A stretch of DNA of 44,002 nucleotides from a virus (Duplodnaviria > Caudoviricetes), in the IMG/VR virus record IMGVR_UViG_3300016722_000150, positions 1-44,002 of that record; one strand, 5' to 3'. A program made the translations under genes and the position numbers. How positions within the stretch are numbered: position 1 is the first letter of the stretch; the number at the start of each line of letters is the position of its first letter. The notes beneath the pieces are model-generated. The model searched no databases. It was not told the DNA's origin and saw only the letters and a list, made by a program, of their open reading frames with translations. Shown here piece by piece: positions 9,046-19,733 of this stretch.

Positions 9046-9435
9046 ATGGAAACAAAAACGAATGAAGAAAACCTTAAAATTATTAAAAGTAAAATAGCCG
9101 AAGTCAAGAAACTACTTAAAGGTTTGGATAAGGATAAAGTTGATTTACTGCTTCTTACACAAATAAATTGTGGCGATCATTATGATTGTGGCATTGCAGC
9201 AAAAGGCAACGTATTTAACTGTGCGAAAATGGTTTGCGAAGCCGCAGAAAAAAATGAGTTTATTGATAGGGTAGTTGATCTTATATCAAATAAATCTATA
9301 ATGCCTATTATCGAAAAACTACATAAAAAACTACTGGAAGAAGAAGAATTTGAATCAACAGAAAAGGAGGTAGTGCCCGACGAAAATTTAAAAGATGTGC
9401 TGGTAACAGAACCAGAACTAACAGAAACCAGATAA
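9046..9435 (+). CDS. Hypothetical protein with an acidic C-terminus
   Basis: ORF with A-rich leader. Confidence 0.65.
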   Translation: METKTNEENLKIIKSKIAEVKKLLKGLDKDKVDLLLLTQINCGDHYDCGIAAKGNVFNCAKMVCEAAEKNEFIDRVVDLISNKSIMPIIEKLHKKLLEEEEFESTEKEVVPDENLKDVLVTEPELTETR

Positions 9436-9543
9436 TATAGAGACGTCTATTTATTAATAGCAACGTATGAAAAGAGAGACAACTCTGACAAACTGGCGGC
9501 ATGGAAAGACAGCTCCCCAAAGGGATAACCTAATTATAAGAAA

Positions 9544-9837
9544 ATGACTAATACAGAAACAACGGCTACGGATGCCAGCCAATTAATAGGCATTCCACCA
9601 GACAAGGTTAGGGACAGCGCCTTGTCAATCTATAAATCTGATATTAGTGAATCAAAAGATTTTCTTAAAGATTTCGATTTGCTAATTGAATCTTTTAAAA
9701 ACAAGATTGTTCATGATAAAAATGATATACAGCGCATGTATAACTTTTATTACGCTTATAAAAATTTGTTATACAATTCAAAGATTGCTGTAAAAGAGTT
9801 AACGAAGACTTTTAGCAAGGATTTAACATTAAACTAA
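9544..9837 (+). CDS. Hypothetical protein
   Basis: ORF in the early operon. Confidence 0.55.
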   Translation: MTNTETTATDASQLIGIPPDKVRDSALSIYKSDISESKDFLKDFDLLIESFKNKIVHDKNDIQRMYNFYYAYKNLLYNSKIAVKELTKTFSKDLTLN

Positions 9838-9842
9838 AGATT

Positions 9843-9989
9843 ATGAATACTTACGCAGTAACAGGAACTTTACATGGTTCAATTATTTACGCAGATACAG
9901 AAGGTGAAGCAAGACGATTATTTCATAAACATTACAACGGGGAGTCAATTTTACATGTAAGATTAACTACCTATTTTATAGGAATTTAA
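9843..9989 (+). CDS. Small hypothetical protein (MNTYAVTG...AEGEARRLF-like)
   Basis: Hand-translated 48-aa ORF filling the gap. Confidence 0.55.
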   Translation: MNTYAVTGTLHGSIIYADTEGEARRLFHKHYNGESILHVRLTTYFIGI

Positions 9990-10000
9990 TATTAAAGTAA

Positions 10001-10432
10001 ATGAAGCGATTTTTAGATTACAGTAACATTATTGGAATTGACCCCGATTTGCATAAAAACGGGGTTGCTATTTACGAAACAAAGGGAAGGAAACTAACAG
10101 AATGCACTTCAATGTACATGTGGGATTTATTTAATACGATTTTGGTGCAAAAACAGTTTAACACCCTTTTCCGGTTAGAATTTCCAGACAATACCAATAC
10201 GTGGCATAGAGGGGGTAAGGGAGCTTCCCTGAACGTAGGGAAGAACCAGGGAACAGCAATTATCATTAAGGAATTTTTAGACGCTCACGGGTGCGATTAT
10301 GAGCTATTGAAACCAACAGGATATTCAATACTATTTAACGATGAAGATGTTTTTAAAAATACGACAGGATTCAAAAAAAAGACAAACAAAGATGCACGGG
10401 CAGCCGCAGCGATGGTTTGGGGCATAAATTAG
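10001..10432 (+). CDS. RuvC-like (RNase H fold) Holliday junction resolvase
   Basis: IIGIDPD...RLE...VGKNQG...DARAAA pattern. Confidence 0.7.
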   Translation: MKRFLDYSNIIGIDPDLHKNGVAIYETKGRKLTECTSMYMWDLFNTILVQKQFNTLFRLEFPDNTNTWHRGGKGASLNVGKNQGTAIIIKEFLDAHGCDYELLKPTGYSILFNDEDVFKNTTGFKKKTNKDARAAAAMVWGIN

Positions 10433-10458
10433 AATAGGAGAAAATAAAGAGTTATAAA

Positions 10459-11373
10459 ATGGCACGACCAAATAAAATAGGTTTGAGTTATTTTCCATTT
10501 GATGTTGATTTTTTTGACGATGATAAAATCGAATTGATTAATGCTGAATTTGGTATAACAGGTGAGAATATAATCATTCGATTGCTGTGTAAAATATATA
10601 AAAATGGATATTATTATCAATGGGGTGATGATGAGTGTTTGCTCTTTTGTAAAAGAGCGGGTGCTTCCTATCGTCCAAGTCAGATCGAGGAAGTTATATC
10701 CGGGTGTTTTAGACGTTCTTTTTTTGATGAAAGGGTATTTAAAATGTTTGGTATTTTGACTTCAAATGGTATTCAAAAAAGGTATTTAGCAGCTTGCGCC
10801 GAAAGAAAAAACGTTGAAATAATAAGTGATTATTGGGTTGGTGAACTACCAAAAGATGATAGATTTTTAATCATCGAGCATGATAAATTAGTTAATCCAC
10901 CGGATAACCCCGTTAATCCACCGATTAACCCCATTAATCCGCCGGAAAATACACAAAGTAAAGTAAAGAAAAGTAAAGGAAAAATTAATACAATGCCGGA
11001 AGAAAAAATTCCGGCTTATTCTCCCTGCATGAAAATTTACAATGATTTTATTTTAGAGAAATTAGGCGTAAAAGCAAAAATTGACGGGACGCAAGGGAAA
11101 GCCTTAAAAAATATAATCAAATACCTAAAATCAAATATCAAAGAAAAACCAGCTTCGGAACAGGCGATTTGCGATGCCTTTGAGATTATTTTTCAAAAAT
11201 ATGATCGCTGGGGTAAATTTTATCAGGGGCAATTAAAATTAAATCAAATAGATTCTAACTTAATCAATATCATTAAATTAATAAAAAATGGAAGATCAAC
11301 AAACAGCGGTTGTACCGATGCAGACGTTGTCAAACTCGCCGCAGAGATATTCGGAACCGCTGGTAGAAATTAG
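10459..11373 (+). CDS. Phage replication initiator (DUF4373/Lin1244-like N-terminus)
   Basis: MARPNKIGLSYFPFDVDFFDDDKI...GILTSNGIQKRY; low-complexity linker followed by TQSKVKKSK. Confidence 0.85.
   Translation: MARPNKIGLSYFPFDVDFFDDDKIELINAEFGITGENIIIRLLCKIYKNGYYYQWGDDECLLFCKRAGASYRPSQIEEVISGCFRRSFFDERVFKMFGILTSNGIQKRYLAACAERKNVEIISDYWVGELPKDDRFLIIEHDKLVNPPDNPVNPPINPINPPENTQSKVKKSKGKINTMPEEKIPAYSPCMKIYNDFILEKLGVKAKIDGTQGKALKNIIKYLKSNIKEKPASEQAICDAFEIIFQKYDRWGKFYQGQLKLNQIDSNLINIIKLIKNGRSTNSGCTDADVVKLAAEIFGTAGRN
10891..10950 (+). repeat. 21-bp tandem repeats, candidate iterons/ori
   Basis: GTTAATCCACCGGATAACCCC / GTTAATCCACCGATTAACCCC / ATTAATCCGCCGGAAAAT inside the initiator gene, followed by an A-rich tract. 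Confidence 0.65.
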
Positions 11374-11746
11374 TATTTATAACGGGGACTTTAACCCAAT
11401 AGAAACAACAAAATCAGTAATGAGGTTAAAGAACGCATTTCCAAATCTCGGAAGTGATTTTATTTCTGTTCTATTTGAGCGGGTACAGGAGCTTAATATT
11501 CCATGTGAACGGATTAAAGATGCTGTAAATTATCTGATAGATAATTATCATTATCCAACGATGACTATTGCTGACGTCGTTTCTTACGACAAAAAAATAA
11601 AATTACTTACATACGACGAAGTCATGAAAATTCATGCTCAAACTGGGGATGCTTTTAAAATTTATAAAGTTGTTGATTTAGGGCAAAAAACTACTCTATT
11701 TGCAAACATCAGAGATATAGAAGAATACAATTTGAAGCTTAAATAA
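11288..11746 (+). CDS. Putative helicase loader or replication accessory protein
   Basis: Overlaps the initiator 3' end; RIKDAVNYLIDNYHYPTMTIADV; call is mostly positional. Confidence 0.55.
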   Translation: MEDQQTAVVPMQTLSNSPQRYSEPLVEISIYNGDFNPIETTKSVMRLKNAFPNLGSDFISVLFERVQELNIPCERIKDAVNYLIDNYHYPTMTIADVVSYDKKIKLLTYDEVMKIHAQTGDAFKIYKVVDLGQKTTLFANIRDIEEYNLKLK

Positions 11747-11925
11747 TGGCAAGAGCTGATCAATTACCCGCTGTGCCTTATTGGGAGTGCGAAAACTACC
11801 AACATGCCACTTACGGAACACTCCCGTGGTGTACGCTATTTAGTAAATACTGCCACTCGTTTACTTGCGAAAAATGTCCAGTCAGGCATAGCAGGCAACG
11901 GATAAACAATCAAAAAGATAAATAA
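11746..11925 (+). CDS. Small Cys-rich protein
   Basis: 59-aa ORF coupled by TAATG; five Cys. Confidence 0.55.
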   Translation: MARADQLPAVPYWECENYQHATYGTLPWCTLFSKYCHSFTCEKCPVRHSRQRINNQKDK

Positions 11926-11926
11926 A

Positions 11927-12118
11927 ATGATACAAGACGGATATAAACTTTATTCAATCTATCAGAAATGGATAATTGAATATCAAAAAAGAAAATCAAA
12001 CTTTAGAGCTAACAACGACAAAGAGGGTGCGTATGAATGTCAAATTAGAATTGATACTATCCAATTATGTATGCACGAGTTGGTCAAAGAATTTAAATTA
12101 ACTTTTGCTACTTATTGA
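11927..12118 (+). CDS. Hypothetical protein
   Basis: ORF ending TGA-TAA. Confidence 0.55.
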   Translation: MIQDGYKLYSIYQKWIIEYQKRKSNFRANNDKEGAYECQIRIDTIQLCMHELVKEFKLTFATY

Positions 12119-12162
12119 TAAATAATTGATATTTTAAACTTTAAATTAAACAATTACAAACA

Positions 12163-12771
12163 ATGGAAAGTCAAAATCAAATAGAAATAGTACAGAAAAT
12201 AACTCATAGAATAAGTTCTACCGAAGGCTATCCTGTTAAAACCAACGAAGAATTTTACGCAGATTTCTGTGTTAGGCTAAAGAGAGCTTTAGGTATTTCC
12301 TTTGTTTTTATCAATGAACCTAAACTTGCAGATATTGAAACATATGTTTGCAAATATTTTAATCTGAGAAGCGATGCATTGAGAGAAAAGGGTAGGGAGG
12401 AACCGCTTATAACATACAAGATGATTTTACGTGCTATGCAGAGCGTTTTTTCTGGCGTCCCGGATTACCTTATTGAAAAGAGGTATGACTTATCCCATCC
12501 CCAGGTATCGCATGCCGTGGGCGTCGTGTGCAACTTTATTGATGCAAGAGATAAGACCTATTCTGATATTTTAAACATCTACACACACCTAAATGCCGAT
12601 TTTATACGTCTCGAAAGTGCCATTAAACCAAACGAGAAAGAAAAGACATTTCAATACGATAAGCTGAAAGCTGAAATAGAAGCCCACCCTATTACAAAAA
12701 GCATTAAGAAAAGTATTACTAACAGTGTGATATCGCAAGCTGCCCGTTACGAACATGTTCAACTCAATTAA
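12163..12771 (+). CDS. DnaA C-terminal-like HTH protein
   Basis: IETYVCKYFNLRSDALREKGREEPLITYKMI...SHPQVSHAV resembles DnaA domain IV. Confidence 0.6.
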   Translation: MESQNQIEIVQKITHRISSTEGYPVKTNEEFYADFCVRLKRALGISFVFINEPKLADIETYVCKYFNLRSDALREKGREEPLITYKMILRAMQSVFSGVPDYLIEKRYDLSHPQVSHAVGVVCNFIDARDKTYSDILNIYTHLNADFIRLESAIKPNEKEKTFQYDKLKAEIEAHPITKSIKKSITNSVISQAARYEHVQLN

Positions 12772-12802
12772 AAAAGGGAACCCGATTAAGAGTTCCTTTT
12801 TT
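12770..12802. terminator. Bidirectional intrinsic terminator
   Basis: AAAAAGGGAAC-loop-GTTCCTTTTTT between convergent early and late operons. Confidence 0.85.
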
Positions 12803-12804
12803 AG

Positions 12805-13599
12805 TTAGTATCTTTTTACCTTGTTTTTAAGGGAAATATACAAATCTCCCGTGTAAATATTGTACTCAATTTCGTAGATGTGAGTATAATTGTAATCAGG
12901 AATATTAAATATTTTCTCTTGTATAACTGCTGTCGGGTTACTGGCTGTTCCGCTTGCCTGATAAGCAACATTAATCCGAAAATTATTTAAATCTACAATA
13001 GCAGAAACCGTATGAATCCCATTGTATGCAACTTTGTTTCCTGAATAACCAGCGATTTTAACCGTCTGTCCAACAGTATACCCGTGATGCGTACAGGTAA
13101 ATGTTGCCTGTGCAGGTGGCCCGGTTACGTATTCGGCTACAGATTTTACTGAATTATTAAAATTGTCTCATGTTCAAACATCATCGCTTGCTAACAAGTA
13201 TCCTGTGCGATCAGTAGGTAATCTCAATTTATTTGAATTAGACGACATTTTTATAAATAATAACCCGATAGTTCCATCATCTCCATTAACATTATCAATC
13301 CGTAGTGTAGAATACGTTTTGGATCCGTTTACAAAAAATTGAGGAAAGTAGATGCCGGAAAAATCGCATATTGTTATTCCACTACTATCAGACACGGTGT
13401 TTTGCTGAATACGAAATGGAGAAAATGCAGCTAAGGCATTCTGTAACTCGGATACATCTACTAATCTTTGTGCATCATCGCTACCTTGCTTCGTGTACAA
13501 ATGTCCACCGTTTGCAAATATTCTGAGGAATCCGTCTTCTATTGTGCCACCAACAAGATTCGCTAATTGTCCTAATAAAAATGAGCCAATAAATTTCAT
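12805..13599 (-). CDS. Tail fibre-associated structural protein, 264 aa (2 TGA)
   Basis: Frame stays open past TGA at 13174 and 13168 down to a TAA abutting the terminator; HGYTVGQTVKIAG beta-barrel-like motif. Confidence 0.75.
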
Positions 13600-13615
13600 A
13601 GTTTTAAATCAAATT

Positions 13616-13638
13616 AAAGGGAGGTTTTGCCCTCCCTT
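13616..13638 (-). terminator. Hairpin, possible terminator
   Basis: AAGGGAGG/CCTCCCTT stem with a T-rich tail on the minus strand. Confidence 0.55.
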
Positions 13639-13660
13639 GGTTTATTAGTTAATTAAAATA

Positions 13661-14923
13661 TTAGGTAGGCATACCCGATGCGATTACATCAAGAACCCCC
13701 GTAATTACAATTCGTCCATCAAAAGCTGAATTTGATTGAAGGCTTAGTGTCCCATTTGTATAGTTCATGACACTATCGCACTCAACTTGATTACCGGTAG
13801 TATCAAAAAGCTGAAAAACAACATTATTACCACAATGGTGTACGTCATTAGTAATTTGAAAAGATGTACTGGCCGGTAGTGAGATGTTTGCGGAATACAT
13901 TTTAACCTTACTATCAGCATAAGCTTTCACGGCTTTTACTGTTGGTATTTCTGTATCAACATTATCATCAAGAAAAGCCTTGACAACTCCTGTTTTAAAG
14001 TTGTCAATTTCAAGGTTTGAAATGGTATTATTGTCTGCGTTGATAGTTTTGTTCGTCAGCGTTTGAGTTGCTGCCAATTTAACCAGGTCGGCAGATTCGC
14101 TGTTATCAATGCCGTCGAACATTGCCGCCGTAATGCCTGTCGTTGCATCTTGGTTGGCGATAATCATATCTCCAATATTCAACCCGGTTCCACTGGATGG
14201 TGTAGTAATTCCCGAAGCGCTCCCGGCAACGGTTACTTTCCAGAAATAGCCCTTTTTAATAGTGGTAATACCATTAGTAGCAATAGTTTTAGTCCCATCA
14301 AAACCTCCTGCCTGATACAGAAGCCCTCCTGCATATTGCGATTGTAAAGCTGCAATCTTAGTGTCTACATAGGTTTTTGCAGCCTTTTGAGACGCAACCT
14401 TAACATCGCTGTTCCCGGCCAATGCACCGTCAGTGTCAAGATAGGTTAACGGCATTTGCTGGACATTGTCTACGCTCCCCAATCCCACTTGAGCCTTTGT
14501 AGTGTTGTGCGGGTTGCTGGTGCTGGCGATGTGTGTGTCAATCTGCGCATGGGTATTTGTTCCTGCACCGCTCAGGTTTTGATGCACAATATTAGCTTCG
14601 ACAACATCAACTTCAATTTCATCGGTGGCCGAAGCCGTAACAACTATTTTGGTTGACTTAGCTTTAATTTTTTTAAAGTTGTGTACGCCGGCAACGGTAT
14701 CTCTTCAAATACCAACACCAGCAGTTCCGACATTAGCTGCTGCATATGGAGCTTCACAATAAACTCATGAAGTCCCATTATAACAGCCCTCCTTATTCAG
14801 GGTTGTATCGAAATACTTCTGTCCTTTCTTCGGGGAAGCAGGAGCCGCAGCCAAATTTTGCAAGGCTGCATTTTGAAGCTCGTTCCCGTTTAAATCTATA
14901 CTTACTAAGAATTTTTTTGCCAT
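13661..14923 (-). CDS. Tail fibre protein, 420 aa (2 TGA)
   Basis: Starts [19 protein letters not shown]; YNGTS[TGA] at 14765 and TGA at 14705; [17 protein letters not shown] and QTLTNKTI fibre repeats. Confidence 0.85.
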
Positions 14924-14952
14924 AGTTTTTTATCTATTAGTTTGCTTTTATG

Positions 14953-17586
14953 TTAATTACAGGTAACAGTCCCAGATGCTAACCCATTCCATGACAAGGT
15001 GCAAACATCTAAGCTATTATAGTCAACATCGACTTCTATTTCATTACCCTGTTCATCTTTCACTGTGACAGTCGGGTATTTACCCAGATAATGTTCCACA
15101 ACCACAATACAAACATTTGTGAATGATTTAGTGTAAGTTGAATCTATATTATCACTTCCTGTTCGTGCAAATGGTGAGGATTTATGGACGATTCTAAAGC
15201 CAACCAAAGGGTCGGTCATTGCCGAGTTCATTGATACGTTCATATACTTCAATCCGGTAAATGGTGTTGTTATTTTACCGGAGATTACAGGACAATACCA
15301 TTTACGATCACTTCACGCCTCTTCAAACCGACTTGCCCAATATTTTGAAGCTGATGGGCTATTTATTTGTTGCGTCGCTGGCAATCCGGCATTAGCTAAC
15401 CCGCCACAACCCTTTATAAAAGTATTTGCGATAGGTAATACCCCGGCATTGGAATAATTGTCCATTGTGTCATCGGCAAATAGGTTATCATTCGTGCAGA
15501 CATAGGCTATCGCACTATCCTGAATAGTGTAGAAAATATTGATTCCATCAACCATTTCCCCTATGTCTCCAATGAATCCTTCAATACCCCGATAGCTTAC
15601 CTGTGCGGTGTTTATCGTTACTCCGTTGCGGGTATCTTCATAAAGAACGTAACCGGAACGATTGCCAAGTCTGTTAGTCAACCCCGTTTTAAGGATGGGT
15701 TTTAAAAATCCATTATTGAAGACTTTTATATTTTCCTCATATTCACCATACGGGAAATTCCCTCCAAATATCGGGACGCTGGCAATGTCCCTTGTTTTAA
15801 ACTCAATAACCTGCATTATAGTAAGGAAGGCCTGCGTATAAATATCATTGAGCTTTTTATTCCATAAGGCAACAATAGGTCTTACCGTAGCTTTTGTAAC
15901 GCCAGTTGTCGGTATAACATTATCGCAGCTACTTCCAACACTGTCGTGAATATGACCCTTGTATGCGCCGGGGTATATGTAATCATTTTCACTGCCGTTA
16001 GAATTTAAGAAACATTCAAACGGCTTTAATTGTGAAAGGTGCTGATCGGAGATAAGCACAACATACCTGTTGTCGGAAGTTATAAAATCAGTGTAATACA
16101 GTTTTTTAATGCGACTTACAAAATCAGTGTACTCATCTCCGTTGATTTCAAATTGTGTGCTTAGAATATCAAACGATTCTCCCGCATGGGCGAAGTTTCG
16201 GTATATGGTGTATTTTGTGCCAACAGGGAAATTATGATAGTCTCCCGGGATGGAATACCATAATGTCATCTCATCGTCTATCTGTTTTATTTGAGCGTAT
16301 GCGTAAGTAGTGGCATTCAGATAAAATCCTACAAGGTCTCCAACCTTTACTTTTCAGGTTAAGAATTGTGCATGACTATCATATATATAGCCGTTTATGT
16401 CGTCTCTTTGCGGTGGAGCGGAGATGTCTTTGTTCTCCTTTGTTCCGTAAGAATGCTCGTTAACCTTGATGTATCTTACCGGGTCGATAATCAGTTCGCC
16501 ATTGGCATCACCGATAGTGCTTCCGTTGCCTAAGCCAATAATTTTAGCGTATTCATCGGTAGAAACATTATGAATATATCTGCTTCCTATATCATTAAGA
16601 TTCAACTTGTCTATCATGGTATAGACATTGCCTTGGTTAGGGCAGGAAGAAAATTGACCGCTTTTTAAAACCCCTTGCCCGCCATCCAGCATGTAGGAAT
16701 TAACAGGGTCGGTTTTGACCATAGTGTTTTTGCTTAGTGAAGGATTGAAAGTTACAATACCTCTTTCGAAGATATGGAAAGGAAGAGTATTATGATACGC
16801 CATGTTCCCAATAGCGGTAACGGCGGCGGCTTCATCGTCAATATTCCAGGTTACCCCATAGCACTGTTTTAGCAATATACAATCTTCTATCTGGTCTGAT
16901 TTTGTAACTACATGCCAGCTTCCCTCGGCATGGGCATAATAACTACCTAATGATGTACAATAAACATAAGACCCATCACTGGTATTTTCCAACCCCTGAA
17001 AGTCTTCAAAGGTGGCAAATTCTCCCATGTAAAACATGATTATCAATGTCGGTACGTATGGAGGGGTAGGAGCCTCGGTAGCTTTTATGAAAGTAAGTTT
17101 CCTCTTCATAAAATAGTAAAGGCTGTTATTGATAATTTTTTTCTTTCCCTGATAGGCTAATTCTATCGGTTCTTTTTCTTTTGGAGCTTTTAACCCGTAC
17201 CATTCTTTCAACACCCATAGCGCTATTCCCTCAGTTATTATTTCATCTAATTGATATAGTAACTGATAGGTAACATAACCATAATCGTTAGCAGCTATTC
17301 CGAATGTCGTAGTGTTGCTCTTTGTGAAATATGCCGAATCGCCTCCCTTTTTAGTCTTAAAAAATAAGTTACCAATGTCGACTAAAGCATTCTTTATTTC
17401 GGTTTTGATGAAAGATTCTTCATCAGCACTCATAAGAAGTTCTATAATAGGTTCTCCCGTCTTTTCATCTTTGAAGGTGCTAAGATGATACTGTGATAAC
17501 ATCCTTATACGGTTAAGGATATGGTTATAGGTATAAGTAAACCCGACATCATAATACCCGCTTAAATTTATATCTCTTGTGTACAT
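14953..17586 (-). CDS. Large tail or receptor-binding protein, 877 aa (2 TGA)
   Basis: Three track ORFs joined in frame by TGA at 16354 and 15313; N-terminus resembles the upstream gene product. Confidence 0.75.
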
Positions 17587-18131
17587 TATAGGAATCTGGC
17601 TTTTAGTTTGGGACGTGTGTTTTTATCGTTATTGTGCATAACCGTACTGCGCATGTCTTCTAAATTTTTTTGATACTTTTGGACATACAACTGGGTAGCT
17701 TGCGGCTTTTGGCTTCGGCTCATCCATTCGGCCATGGCGTAATTTACGATGCAGCTTTCAATTTCGGAATCCAATACGCCTATCATACTTTTTTGTAGTT
17801 TGCCGTCCATAAAATAGATTTTGATGTAATGATCATCCCCAATTTCTGGGTCTGGTGCATTAAATATCAGTGGCGTTTCTTCCGTAGGCGAAATGATGAT
17901 TGATATTTGTTTCATAATTTCACCCATAACCTCCTGTATTGGAACCAAAATAATATCAGTATCTTCATCGGGATTAAATGCGACATCAAATTGAGATTCG
18001 CCATCCTTATTTACTAAGGATTTAGCCTCATATAGTGATAGTTGGTTGATTTTGCCAAGTATCGGAGCTAACCCGTAGGCAAATACACAAATCGGGTCAT
18101 AATTTCCGTATGTAAGTCTATAATAAGCCAT
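17586..18131 (-). CDS. Virion neck or tail ring-like protein
   Basis: Position in the structural operon; IVNYAMAEWM motif. Confidence 0.55.
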   Translation of the reverse strand: MAYYRLTYGNYDPICVFAYGLAPILGKINQLSLYEAKSLVNKDGESQFDVAFNPDEDTDIILVPIQEVMGEIMKQISIIISPTEETPLIFNAPDPEIGDDHYIKIYFMDGKLQKSMIGVLDSEIESCIVNYAMAEWMSRSQKPQATQLYVQKYQKNLEDMRSTVMHNNDKNTRPKLKARFL

Positions 18132-18134
18132 TAG

Positions 18135-18335
18135 CTATTCAGTTTTTTGCTTAGTGAAATTGCACAAGAAAGCAATGGCCGATAGTCCGATATACGCCAC
18201 CGATTTATAATCGTTTCATACCGGATTAGCAAAACTGATTGAAGCAATGACCGGAATCATTACTACGCAAAATGCACCAATGGTTTTTGCCACCACATGG
18301 TCGGCTTGTTTGAATCGTTCGATTAGCTTATTCAT
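18135..18335 (-). CDS. Holin-like two-TM protein, 66 aa (1 TGA)
   Basis: Hand translation MNKLIERF...CVVMIPVIASISFANPV[TGA]NDYKSVAYIGLSAIAFLCNF; TAATG-coupled to the spanin; TGA at 18216. Confidence 0.65.
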
Positions 18336-18826
18336 TATATTTTGATTTTAAATTTCTTATAAATGATAAATCCGGCAACAGCCAGTATAATTATGACAAT
18401 GGCGACAACATAAACCCATCATGGGATAATAAACCCCGTTTTTACGATGGCTTTATTTGTCGTATTTATTTCTTTTACAGTTACTCCCTTTTTGTTAAGG
18501 TCTGTCTTTTTATTACTATTAGTCTTTGCCAATGACTGTTCTTTTACCGCCTTTTTCTCGGTAATTTTTCTATCAATGACTTGGGTAGCGGGGATTAGGT
18601 TTCCTGCAGAATCCTTAGTCGGCTGATAGGTAGTTGTAATGTGCTCAATAGTAGTTGTTATTGAGCTGTCAGTTTTAGTGGTACTGTCAGTTGTTCGGGA
18701 ATTTTGAACAACCGAGGAATCGGTAACGGTGTTACTGGTCTCCAATGTCTTTTCTTTGTTGACCTGTTTAGTCATGGAACAGGAAAACAACATGATTGAT
18801 AATAAGATAAATGTTAGTTTCTTCAT
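18335..18826 (-). CDS. Unimolecular spanin-like lipoprotein, 163 aa (1 TGA)
   Basis: N-terminal lipobox LFS-C; reading through TGA at 18419 adds the TM helix WVYVVAIVIIILAVAGFIIYKK. Confidence 0.8.
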
Positions 18827-19392
18827 TATGCTTTGAATTTTTTGTATGCTTTTGATAAGGAAATGTCGTATTGTTCACGTTCCCATTTTATAGCCATTTC
18901 TTTATAGGATGCTCCATTGTAAAGCGTCGCCACGCCGTCCCAATCGTGAGCTTTCAGACACGATCTTAATTTAATGTCGGTAGCGATAAATTTAGCCATC
19001 TGCCAAATTTGGCGGTCAGTTCCTTTCTTCGCATCGTCCCACATGGCGCCCACGGTGGCATATCCGAGACGTTTATAGTGCAACCCTAATATCTGTCCGA
19101 TGCCGATGGAAGTGCTTTCCATAGCTGCGTTCGGATTCTTAGCGAAGGCGTCATTGAAAGCCGCCCATTCCTTCGATTGAACATCAACCTTGTTTACGCT
19201 TCACAATCCAGATGGGGCATAGGGTGCATTTCGCTTAAACCATACAGGCTCAAACTGAATGATAAGCTTGCCATTAGTAGGATTAAATCCTTGTCCGCCA
19301 GTTTCCACATCAATAAAAGCCAAAAGAGCTTCCGGCTCCAATCCAAATTCGATTGCTGCTTTATTTACTGAGTTTCTTATGCTATCATTCAT
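18826..19392 (-). CDS. Endolysin, DUF3380-type N-acetylmuramidase, 188 aa (1 TGA)
   Basis: VETGGQGF...IQFEPVWF...ESTSIGIGQILG...YNG motifs are split across TGA at 19201. Confidence 0.9.
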
Positions 19393-19406
19393 TTTCTAAA
19401 GTTTAA

Positions 19407-19437
19407 AATTAGCCCTACCAATACGATAGGGCTAATT
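19407..19437 (-). terminator. Hairpin terminator or attenuator upstream of the endolysin
   Basis: AATTAGCCCTA/TAGGGCTAATT 11-bp stem ending in a short T run on the minus strand. Confidence 0.6.
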
Positions 19438-19439
19438 GG

Positions 19440-19733
19440 TTATTTTTTAATTCGTTCTTTTAAGATTACGATGTCTTTTTCATGCTCATCAAGGCGTTCC
19501 CCATGTTCATCAAGCCGCTTATCTACAATTTTATGAGTTTTAGCGCAACTAACTTTCATATCTTCACTGCTTTGTTTATCTACGGCTTGTGTCCTACGAA
19601 TAAAATCGACAAGGGTTTTCACTTCTTTAATGGTATTGATTTGTATTTTTAAGAAATACAGAATACCGCCTAAAAAAAACGTTATCAAAAATGCGGCGAC
19701 ACCTAAAAGAAATTTGTATGTTTCTACATTCAT
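19440..19733 (-). CDS. Single-TM coiled-coil protein (holin or antiholin candidate)
   Basis: N-terminal TM and RLDEHGERLDEHEKDIVILKE coiled coil; next to the endolysin. Confidence 0.6.
   Translation of the reverse strand: MNVETYKFLLGVAAFLITFFLGGILYFLKIQINTIKEVKTLVDFIRRTQAVDKQSSEDMKVSCAKTHKIVDKRLDEHGERLDEHEKDIVILKERIKK

Noticed and set aside
15313-16269. Diversity-generating retroelement target (YRGIEGF..IGEMVDG lectin-like motif)
   Set aside because: No reverse transcriptase or template repeat noticed in the window
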